The translations under genes and the position numbers were made by a program. This document shows, piece by piece, positions 8,732-16,648 of a stretch of 64,000 bases of DNA; position 1 is the first letter of the stretch, and each line of letters starts with the position of its first letter. The stretch comes from Escherichia phage iGC_PHA_EC001. The notes beneath the pieces are model-generated. The model worked only from the letters and a program-made list of their open reading frames with translations, did not search any database and was not told the origin of the DNA. The stretch lies in sequence record OR437326.1; one strand, 5' to 3'.

Positions 8732-10738
8732 ATGAATTTAACAAGACCTAATAGTGCGATAGCCGATCTGGTAGAAGCTACTTATCGAAAACGTCGCAGC
8801 TTTGAGGCAGGTTTTACATTACGTAATTCCCGTGAAGTGTTGCTGTTAGCAGCAGAAGGGAATTATTACCAATGGAAAGGAACTTTTCCTAAAGTAGTTC
8901 CAGCAAACTCTACGCCAGCCGCCACAGGTGGTATTTCTTCCCTTGCATGGCAAAGTGTTGGGACCGCTGATGATATAGCAATTATCAATGCCAAGTTTAC
9001 GGCAATGCAGCAACAAATTGATGATCTGTCGGAAACAATACCTGAAGCTGGTAAATCGGCTTATCAGATCGCACTTGATAATGGTTTTGTTGGAACAGAA
9101 GCACAATGGCTTGCCTCTTTGAAAGGGGATACTGGTGCTCAACTTAATATTAAAGGATCATTAGCAAGCACTAGTGAACTACCATCCACAGGTAACGTTG
9201 CAGGGGACGGTTATATCGTAGGCGATGTAATCTACGCTTGGGATGGTTCTGTTTGGAAACTTATTTCTTCTCTTGGGCCAGAAGGTAAATCAGCTTACGA
9301 GGTATGGTTGGCAGATGGTAATACAGGATCTGTTTATGATTTTCTTACCTCTATAAAAGGTGATAAAGGTGATGTTGGTCCTACAGGGCCACAGGGAGCA
9401 CCTGGTGTTAACGCCAACGGTTTTGATTATCGTGGGGATTTGCCTTCTACAAGTAACTTACCACAACCTAACTCGGAAAACGTAAGCCAAGCTTATTCTA
9501 TCAATGGTAATCTTTATGTCTCTAACGGGACAGCTTGGGTCAACATGGGTAATATTGTTGGTCCTCAAGGTCCACAAGGTGAGGCAGGTAAAGACGGTCT
9601 TGATGGAACAGATGGAGATGAAGGGAAATCTGCATATCAAAGTTGGCTGGATGCTGGTAATGAAGGGACAGAAGTAGATTTTATTGCCTCACTTAAAGGT
9701 CCAAAAGGAGACAAGGGTGATCAAGGAGAGCGAGGTCCACAAGGTGAACTAGGTCCACAAGGACCAGTGGGTGCAACAGGATCAGGCTTAGAGATTATCG
9801 GGGTTCTGAACAGTGAAGCTGAACTTCCTCCTACTGGAGAAGTAGGCGATGCATATAAAATTAATAATGATTTGTATGTTTGGGTTCAAGATGCTACGGA
9901 ATGGATGAATGTTGGCAGTCTTGGAGGAATATCAATTACAGCTAAAGGTCATGTTCCGAACAGTGAAGCTCTCCCTGTTTACAATAACTATGGTGATGCT
10001 TACTTAACTGAAGACACTAGTAATCTTTACATCTATACTTACGATCAAGACACCAATTCCGCATCTTTTGTTGACATGGGAAGTATTAAAGGTGACAAAG
10101 GTGAGAAGGGTGATCCTGGAACAAACGGAACCAACGGTACTGATGGGACCAACGGTAAGGACGGCGCACAGTGGTTTGTAGCAACAACTAATCCAGTCGC
10201 AGGAGACGGTGTTATCAATGATTACGCCTTCAATACTAACACTGGAGCAGTGTTTAAGAAAACAGATTCTTCTACGTGGACACTTATAGGAACTCTTCCT
10301 AGTATACCAGAAGCCCCTCAAGATGGCTTGACGTATGGTCGTTCTGATGGAAACTGGATCGAAATATCAGGATCAGACCCTACAGAAGCTATAACACCGA
10401 CTAGAGTTACAGCAGGTTTCATGGAACTTGAAACAACTACTGCCAACTCTGGAGCATCTTGGACTCCTTCTGGAACTTCCAATATGTATGTTGTTACAGT
10501 AACTGACGCTCTGACAGTTGGAGCATGGCCTGGTGTCACTGGCTCTACAAAACCTAAAGCGTTTTCAGCAATGATTTATTTGATTCAAGATACAACGGGA
10601 CACACGGTTACACTAGATGCGTCTTATGGAGCACTAAATGATACAGAAATAGCAACTACTGCTAACGCAGTAACAATTTTGCAATTAACGTATCCTGGTG
10701 TGGGTGATATCGTGGACATGGTTGTTGTAACACGATAG
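8732..10738 (+). CDS. Tail fibre protein with collagen-like Gly-X-Y repeats
   Basis: GDKGDVGPTGPQGAPG, GPQGPQGEAGKDGLDGTDGDEG, GPKGDKGDQGERGPQGELGPQGPVGATG, GDKGEKGDPGTNGTNGTDGTNGKDG; three copies of a GKSAY..W(L)..G..V.F(I/L)ASLKG module. Confidence 0.65.
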   Translation: MNLTRPNSAIADLVEATYRKRRSFEAGFTLRNSREVLLLAAEGNYYQWKGTFPKVVPANSTPAATGGISSLAWQSVGTADDIAIINAKFTAMQQQIDDLSETIPEAGKSAYQIALDNGFVGTEAQWLASLKGDTGAQLNIKGSLASTSELPSTGNVAGDGYIVGDVIYAWDGSVWKLISSLGPEGKSAYEVWLADGNTGSVYDFLTSIKGDKGDVGPTGPQGAPGVNANGFDYRGDLPSTSNLPQPNSENVSQAYSINGNLYVSNGTAWVNMGNIVGPQGPQGEAGKDGLDGTDGDEGKSAYQSWLDAGNEGTEVDFIASLKGPKGDKGDQGERGPQGELGPQGPVGATGSGLEIIGVLNSEAELPPTGEVGDAYKINNDLYVWVQDATEWMNVGSLGGISITAKGHVPNSEALPVYNNYGDAYLTEDTSNLYIYTYDQDTNSASFVDMGSIKGDKGEKGDPGTNGTNGTDGTNGKDGAQWFVATTNPVAGDGVINDYAFNTNTGAVFKKTDSSTWTLIGTLPSIPEAPQDGLTYGRSDGNWIEISGSDPTEAITPTRVTAGFMELETTTANSGASWTPSGTSNMYVVTVTDALTVGAWPGVTGSTKPKAFSAMIYLIQDTTGHTVTLDASYGALNDTEIATTANAVTILQLTYPGVGDIVDMVVVTR

Positions 10739-10741
10739 CAG

Positions 10742-10768
10742 AAGCCCCGAAAGGGGCTTTCTTTTTAT
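10742..10768 (+). terminator. Rho-independent terminator
   Basis: AAGCCCC-gaaa-GGGGCTT followed by TCTTTTTAT. Confidence 0.6.
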
Positions 10769-10779
10769 GGAGGGTTTAA

Positions 10780-11814
10780 ATGTTTCCAATTCCAATATTT
10801 ACTATTATGACCAGCACTGGTGTCGTTCCTCTGCCAGCAGGTATTGTTAAAAAAGTAATCACTTTAGATTACCCAGATAATGCTGGTAATTCTAACAGCA
10901 GTTTAGCAATTTTGCTTAATGATGGTAGATTGTTCACTCAAGGCGCAAACCTTTTTGGTGAGATTGCAGATGGAACTCGTAGTGCACGATTCAATAATTT
11001 CCACTTGGCTTCTACTGTAGCAGCGGATGTGTTTACCGCAGATCGTTGTTTTGTTATTAAAACTAACAGTGGGGGATGGCAATATTCAGGATTGACAGCA
11101 GGGTTGGTAGGATCTATAGCAGCAGGTGGTACGGACGCATGTGTAACTACTTGGACCAGCTTTCCATCTGTAATAACAGGGACTATCTCTTTAGCCAATC
11201 TTAAAGAGGTTAAGGGAGGATATAACAACACTCTCTGGTTAATGAATAGTGGTGTTCTTTACGGATCTGGTCAAAACACAGTAGGCAGTTTAGGTGCAAG
11301 TAATACTAACGAAGTTTCTACTCCTCGTCAGATAACAAGTGCAGCAGTTGCTTTTGATGCAGGTTACAACCAATGCTCTTATGTCAACAATGTGGGAACC
11401 TTGCGTGTTTGTGGAGCTAGTAAAGGCTTAGCAGGTAATAATAACACAACAACAGCTTTTGTCAATGCCAAGATATCCGCTACTGAAACAGTGTATGTCA
11501 AAGATTACATCAATACGGTTTCCCAGACAATAGTTGTAGGAGATACCTCCGGTGGCACGGGTACAGTAAACTACTTATATGTTAGATCTAATACAGAAAC
11601 AACCTACACTAAACTGGATACCTTTGCAGCAGGTTTCTCAACATGGAAGTTTCCACCAAGCCGCCACTCTTTTTTCGTTGGGATCAATAATTCCTTGTGG
11701 GCTATTGGTAAGAACTACACTGCAAACTTAGGTTTGGGGTATGATTCTGCGAGCGGAGATCCACTCCAAGTGGAAAACCAGTTAAACCTGAAGGAGTGGG
11801 TTCCTGGGATATAA
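10780..11814 (+). CDS. Hypothetical tail-associated protein
   Basis: 344 aa Gly/Thr/Asn-rich ORF between fibre genes; 19-nt overlap with the next gene. Confidence 0.35.
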   Translation: MFPIPIFTIMTSTGVVPLPAGIVKKVITLDYPDNAGNSNSSLAILLNDGRLFTQGANLFGEIADGTRSARFNNFHLASTVAADVFTADRCFVIKTNSGGWQYSGLTAGLVGSIAAGGTDACVTTWTSFPSVITGTISLANLKEVKGGYNNTLWLMNSGVLYGSGQNTVGSLGASNTNEVSTPRQITSAAVAFDAGYNQCSYVNNVGTLRVCGASKGLAGNNNTTTAFVNAKISATETVYVKDYINTVSQTIVVGDTSGGTGTVNYLYVRSNTETTYTKLDTFAAGFSTWKFPPSRHSFFVGINNSLWAIGKNYTANLGLGYDSASGDPLQVENQLNLKEWVPGI

Positions 11815-13451
11815 ACAAGCTCACAAGCGTTCATACGCTGAATATGGATGTTACTAACCAATTAGGTTATCAAGGAACCTTTTTCGTTTATAATGGAGAT
11901 ATGTATTATTCCGGTATTTGGAAAGATGGGAAAGCCTCGTATCTGTTCAATAGTGGTCTAAACTATAATAAATTCACACCAATAGCAAGCTCCGTGATTA
12001 CGGGTGATATTCTGGCAACTGGTTTAACTACAGATTCTTTAGGAATTTGTATTGTAGGTGGAACTAAACAGTTGACACATTCTGTTAGCCCAGAAGGAGG
12101 TAAACTTTTCAATATTAAATACACTTCTTCTGCCCCTGCAAACATGACAATATCATCTACTGGTTTAATGACTTTCCATGCAGAAGGTGGTTTTGATGCA
12201 GGTATGACAGCCTTAAACGCTGAAGGAACAACTTTATCAGATACCTCTGGAGGATATGCTTCAACATTGAGTGTTTACACCCCTAGCTTATCTGCGATGG
12301 ATGTAGGAACAACACAAACAATGGTAGCAGAAATAACGCCAACAGGAGCAGCAAGCTTACCTGGTATGGTTGTTGAGTATACAACTACAGATCCTAATGT
12401 TGCTACAGTAGATCCTACAACTGGTGTAATAACTGGTGTTGGTGATGGTGGTTGTAGAATTGGTTGCACAGCTACGTATCAAGGTGTTGTTACCGCTTCT
12501 GATAGTTCTTATTTAACGGTGAACGCTGTTGCGGGAAAGGAGTTAGCTCCATCTCCGAGTAGTAGTTTAACGGTTCTAAACGGATATTTCAACCACTCGG
12601 CAGATGGGGCAATCACGTTCCCAATTTTATCGGGTACTGTCACACCAGCTAACTTTGTAGTTAAGGTGGATGACGTTGTAATACCTTCAAATAAAGTAAT
12701 ATTTAGAAATAAAGCTTTCTCTACAGTGGATAGTTATCCAGCAGGAGAATATAGACTGGCTATTGAATTTGCAAGTGCTTCGGTAGTGAATAGTGTTGAT
12801 GTGTCTATGGAAGCAAATCCAGATCTTTTAGAATTATGGGGCGGCAACAGAATTGGTTATTCTACAAGCCCAGCCTCACAATTCTTAAAAGGTTGTGCTA
12901 ACTTAAGACGAATAACTTCTGATTGTTTTAGTAACACATCTTACACCGGAACATCTATAAGTGGTATCTTCTCTGGCTGTACAAGTTTGACAGCTATCCC
13001 TGAAGGATTATTCAGTGATGCTTTATTTCCTTCAATGACAACAATGTCAAGCACGTTTGAAGGTTGTACATCTTTAACATCTATTCCTTCAGATTTATTT
13101 AAGAATCTATCAAAAGTTACAAGATATTCTTACACCTTTAAAGATTGCACCTCTCTTGCAGAAGTTCCAGCAGGAATGTTTGATAATATTCCAACGAAAG
13201 TGACCTCCTTAACAGCTACATTCCAAGGTTGTTTAGCACTTACAGATTTTAATAAAATCTTTAATGACAATCCAGGGTTAACTGTTTGTGGTAAACGTGG
13301 AGCATTATCTTCTTTCTTTAGTGGATGCACAAATCTTACAGGAACAGGAACAACATTAACAAATACATTAGGCGGAGTAGCTAATAGTTACCTATTCAGG
13401 TATTGCACAAAACTTTCTGATTATAATAATATTCCTTCGGGTTATAAATAA
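11796..13451 (+). CDS. Tail fibre/adhesin-like protein with Big_2 Ig-like domain and BspA-type leucine-rich repeats
   Basis: GTG start 7 nt after AAGGAG; Big_2-like TTDPNVATVDPTTGVITGVGDGGCRIGCTA; repeated C-T-S-L-T-x-I-P-x-x-L-F units (CTSLTAIPEGLF, CTSLTSIPSDLF, CTSLAEVPAGMF). Confidence 0.5.
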   Translation: MGSWDINKLTSVHTLNMDVTNQLGYQGTFFVYNGDMYYSGIWKDGKASYLFNSGLNYNKFTPIASSVITGDILATGLTTDSLGICIVGGTKQLTHSVSPEGGKLFNIKYTSSAPANMTISSTGLMTFHAEGGFDAGMTALNAEGTTLSDTSGGYASTLSVYTPSLSAMDVGTTQTMVAEITPTGAASLPGMVVEYTTTDPNVATVDPTTGVITGVGDGGCRIGCTATYQGVVTASDSSYLTVNAVAGKELAPSPSSSLTVLNGYFNHSADGAITFPILSGTVTPANFVVKVDDVVIPSNKVIFRNKAFSTVDSYPAGEYRLAIEFASASVVNSVDVSMEANPDLLELWGGNRIGYSTSPASQFLKGCANLRRITSDCFSNTSYTGTSISGIFSGCTSLTAIPEGLFSDALFPSMTTMSSTFEGCTSLTSIPSDLFKNLSKVTRYSYTFKDCTSLAEVPAGMFDNIPTKVTSLTATFQGCLALTDFNKIFNDNPGLTVCGKRGALSSFFSGCTNLTGTGTTLTNTLGGVANSYLFRYCTKLSDYNNIPSGYK

Positions 13452-13454
13452 GAA

Positions 13455-13482
13455 AAGGAGCCATTTGGCTCCTTTCTTTTAT
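13455..13482. terminator. Bidirectional terminator between convergent gene blocks
   Basis: AAGGAGCCA-tt-TGGCTCCTT hairpin flanked by T-runs, between the + tail module and the - replication module. Confidence 0.55.
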
Positions 13483-13507
13483 AAAAACTCTTTATAAATC
13501 AATAAGA

Positions 13508-14395
13508 TCAGAACGGAATATCATCGTCGAAGTCCATTGGAGGTTCTTCTTGATTACTTGGAGTTGGTTCTGGTTGTGGTTCAGGCTTCTTAACTTCTTT
13601 CTTCTCTTCTTTCTTAGGTTGTTCTACGGAACCACGAATGGCAGCAGCAACTTTATCAGACAGAGCCAGAACTTTACGAGCAGAGTCAATCAGATCTTCT
13701 ACAGATACAGTTTTAATGGTATGGTCTTTACAAGCATTGAGAATAGCGTGACCAACAGATGCCCCAAGATCATAATCATTAATATCAACGCCACGAGATT
13801 CAGCAATTTCAGATTTCAGCGTGACAGTTGCAGATTGAACAACCCCAGCGATATCGAAAGCATCGCCTTTAACACCATTACGAATCAGTTCCAGTGCACC
13901 ATTTACTGCGTGACCAGTTTCCAGACCTACAGTATCACGTTTTTTATAGGACTGCTTAGGAGCAGCATCGTTGGAACCTTTATTGCCAGAAGATTTGTTA
14001 GACTTCTGAACACCATCGGTAGACAATACTGTAATACGAGATTTTTTAGTATTGTAGTAAGTCTTACCGCCTTTATTATCAACGCGATCAATATCAATAC
14101 TTACTTCTACACCTTTTTCAATAGTGATCCAATTATCACCTTCTTTGACTTGCAGGTTTTCATAACCTTCTTTCAGTTCAATGTCACCAAGAGAAATCCA
14201 AACACCTTTCTCATCTGGTTTAGCACCTTTCTCTTTCAGAACAAGAGAAGCTCGGTGAGTTGAAACAATCGTTTTTCCTTCCCAATGAAAAGTTTTAGGT
14301 TCAGCGAATTTATCCAGTTTAACGTAGTCTACGATACCAGTTGCATAAGTTACGGTTTTGCCTTTACGATCAGTTTCAGTATTAATTACGGACAT
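13508..14395 (-). CDS. Single-stranded DNA-binding protein
   Basis: C-terminus PPMDFDDDIPF is identical in its tip to the acidic SSB tail (DFDDDIPF); Pro/Glu/Lys-rich linker before it. Confidence 0.6.
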   Translation of the reverse strand: MSVINTETDRKGKTVTYATGIVDYVKLDKFAEPKTFHWEGKTIVSTHRASLVLKEKGAKPDEKGVWISLGDIELKEGYENLQVKEGDNWITIEKGVEVSIDIDRVDNKGGKTYYNTKKSRITVLSTDGVQKSNKSSGNKGSNDAAPKQSYKKRDTVGLETGHAVNGALELIRNGVKGDAFDIAGVVQSATVTLKSEIAESRGVDINDYDLGASVGHAILNACKDHTIKTVSVEDLIDSARKVLALSDKVAAAIRGSVEQPKKEEKKEVKKPEPQPEPTPSNQEEPPMDFDDDIPF

Positions 14396-14411
14396 TATTA
14401 TCTCCTCTATA

Positions 14412-14804
14412 TTACATTAATTTTGCACAGAAAGAGCGGAGTCTTTCCATATCATCTTGCTCTAACAGGTATTTACCTTTACCTATTCCAACTCCAATTT
14501 CACCATTAGGAAAATGAACTATTTGCACTGGGAAACCTCCGAGTTTAATTGTGGCAGCTTTGCCTTCTTCGTCTATAACGTTTCGGATTGTATCTTGCAG
14601 TGAAATGAATTCTTTGTTTGTAACAGTGGTTTCAATTATTTCAGATGTTCCAACACGAGCGGTTAGCTTCTTGTCGCCACCTTGAATAACCAAAATTTGA
14701 AAATAAAAAGAGTTGTCAAGACCTACAACATTTTTCTCAACTAGTGTCAAACTGGTGTAGTTTCCATAAACAGTTTCAACAGCTATCTTAGAACGTTCAG
14801 TCAT
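14412..14804 (-). CDS. Hypothetical protein
   Basis: 130-aa ORF in same-strand block. Confidence 0.35.
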   Translation of the reverse strand: MTERSKIAVETVYGNYTSLTLVEKNVVGLDNSFYFQILVIQGGDKKLTARVGTSEIIETTVTNKEFISLQDTIRNVIDEEGKAATIKLGGFPVQIVHFPNGEIGVGIGKGKYLLEQDDMERLRSFCAKLM

Positions 14805-14849
14805 TGAATGCTATCCTATCATAAAATGTTTAATATTGTCAAGCTTTAA

Positions 14850-15443
14850 TTACCAAGGAATATCATCTTCTTCCAATCGGGTATCTACTTGAGGTGGACG
14901 TGGAACCTTAACCTCTTTCACAAAACGAAGATACGGGAAACGTGTAGCAATTTTAATAACGTGTTTGGCATCTTCTCTAACATCTTTGTGCAAGAAGCAG
15001 ATCCCTGTTTCCAAAGTTGTTTCAAAATCTTTAGAGTAATAACAATCCTTTCCATCAAATGCAGCCTGGCAGATGGACAGATCAAACTCATTTAGAAAGG
15101 TTGTCATTACGCTTGGTTCCATAATCATAAGGTTGCAAAGCTGACCATCACGTTCAAACTCAAAAACGTGTTTAAGACCAGTAACACCTTCATAATTGTC
15201 AGAAGCCTCTTTGTTTCCTAGTTTACGAATATTGGTTCCCATTAAAGCAGATGCAATTAATCCTTGTATTTGTTCTTCAGTCCGATGTGCAGGAAGGGAC
15301 GTATAGAAATCCAGATCACGTCCAGCAATATCAAGAATACGCCAATCACGAACAGCACCGCCAGCCAAGACAGAATTAGGATCAGCGATCTTTAATACGG
15401 TAAGAATTTCTTTGGCAATATTGATTTGTTTTGATTTAGTCAT
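14850..15443 (-). CDS. Nucleotidyltransferase-fold protein with SSB-tail-like C-terminus
   Basis: AGGAVRDWRILDIAGRDLDF fits the Pol-beta-type hG[GS]-x(9-13)-DxD motif; ends in EEDDIPW resembling the SSB tip. Confidence 0.35.
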   Translation of the reverse strand: MTKSKQINIAKEILTVLKIADPNSVLAGGAVRDWRILDIAGRDLDFYTSLPAHRTEEQIQGLIASALMGTNIRKLGNKEASDNYEGVTGLKHVFEFERDGQLCNLMIMEPSVMTTFLNEFDLSICQAAFDGKDCYYSKDFETTLETGICFLHKDVREDAKHVIKIATRFPYLRFVKEVKVPRPPQVDTRLEEDDIPW

Positions 15444-15654
15444 TGATACGCTCCACAGTTACTTTTACAACATCGTCCATATTAATCTCATCCCCCAAGA
15501 CCTCAATAACACCTTCCTCATAAAGTCGAGCACATTCTTCCCACACTTCAGCTTCCGTCATTCCACCTGCAATCTTATTTGCAAGACCTTTAATAACATC
15601 TTCATTTTGTTCATCAACAAGAATTGAAACATTAAAGCTCACTAATTTACGCAT
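15436..15654 (-). CDS. Hypothetical acidic protein
   Basis: 72-aa ORF overlapping neighbour by 8 nt. Confidence 0.3.
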   Translation of the reverse strand: MRKLVSFNVSILVDEQNEDVIKGLANKIAGGMTEAEVWEECARLYEEGVIEVLGDEINMDDVVKVTVERIND

Positions 15655-15831
15655 TGTTTTCTCCTTATACTTCTAAACGGAAAGTTTCTTTAGATACAAA
15701 ATCGTATCCACCTTTTTCAAGCCAGTCATTGTAAACCTCATCGGCTTGAGACTCTATCATAAAATACCGAGTGGTAACTTCGTCTCCGACAATACGCACA
15801 ATTTTATAGCAAATCATGATACCATTTCCCA

Positions 15832-16044
15832 TTAATCTTCCTCCAGATCAATTTCATTATAACAATGTATACAGAAACCATCATTGTGCATATGTTGTTC
15901 ATAAGACATATCTTTACCACAAGACCAACAACGGATATCCCCATCGTCCCATTCACGTTCTTCTTCGCCTTCAAATTCATCTGGTAGGTAAGGCATACCA
16001 AAATAATCTAAATCGTAACTCATATCTTCTCCTACCGAGTCCAC
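15832..16044 (-). CDS. Small acidic zinc-ribbon protein
   Basis: CWSCG..x18..CIHC four-Cys arrangement; acidic termini. Confidence 0.3.
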   Translation of the reverse strand: MDSVGEDMSYDLDYFGMPYLPDEFEGEEEREWDDGDIRCWSCGKDMSYEQHMHNDGFCIHCYNEIDLEED

Positions 16045-16622
16045 TCCTTACGTTGTTCAATATGTTCAAGCATATCGTTATACAATGTTTTAAGATGTGG
16101 AACAACTCTTTGATCTTCTGTTTCAAAAAACTTTGTAAGCTGTTCTGCTTTAGCTTTCAACCAACAAAGATGTGCCTCAAGTTCAGTATCAAAACGTCCG
16201 AGCGTTATAATACGACCATCTACTTTTATATGGGCTTTATATTTCTTACGATCTTTTTCGTAATAGAAGCCTACCATAGTGCCATGAGATCTTTTACTTA
16301 CCCTGTAAGCTAAAAACTTGTTAAGATCCCCTGTTACTAAAAGGCAGGTGGCGGGAGAGTAAACTCTCCCTCCTATGATATCTTTATCGAGTTCTAAGTT
16401 TTCCCAGTTATCCCAAGTTTTCAACCAAGTATAGAAGTTGGAAAACAGTTTCCATTCTTCACAGACCGTCACTCCATGATAACAAGGATCACGTTCTTGT
16501 TGGCAAGGGGAGTAACATCTCCCCAACATAGCCATCCATTTCATATAAGCAGGATGAGTTCCATGTTTATCCTTCACCACAATATGTCCATCGAAAACAC
16601 CAACACCATATACTGTTCGCAT
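16032..16622 (-). CDS. AP2-like DNA-binding protein (homing-endonuclease-associated type)
   Basis: YMKWMAMLGRCYSP..YHGVTVCEEW and MVGFYYEKDRKKYKAHIKVDGRIITLGRFDTELEAHLCW resemble phage DNA-binding modules of AP2 type. Confidence 0.35.
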   Translation of the reverse strand: MRTVYGVGVFDGHIVVKDKHGTHPAYMKWMAMLGRCYSPCQQERDPCYHGVTVCEEWKLFSNFYTWLKTWDNWENLELDKDIIGGRVYSPATCLLVTGDLNKFLAYRVSKRSHGTMVGFYYEKDRKKYKAHIKVDGRIITLGRFDTELEAHLCWLKAKAEQLTKFFETEDQRVVPHLKTLYNDMLEHIEQRKEWTR

Positions 16623-16648
16623 AAAACTCCTTTAAAATCAAGTAGATA

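Noticed and set aside
13550-14263. 237-aa + strand ORF lying entirely inside the SSB gene on the opposite strand
   Set aside because: Low-complexity Phe/Asn/Ile-rich translation; antisense to a gene with a recognisable SSB tail; typical shadow ORF of AT-rich DNA.
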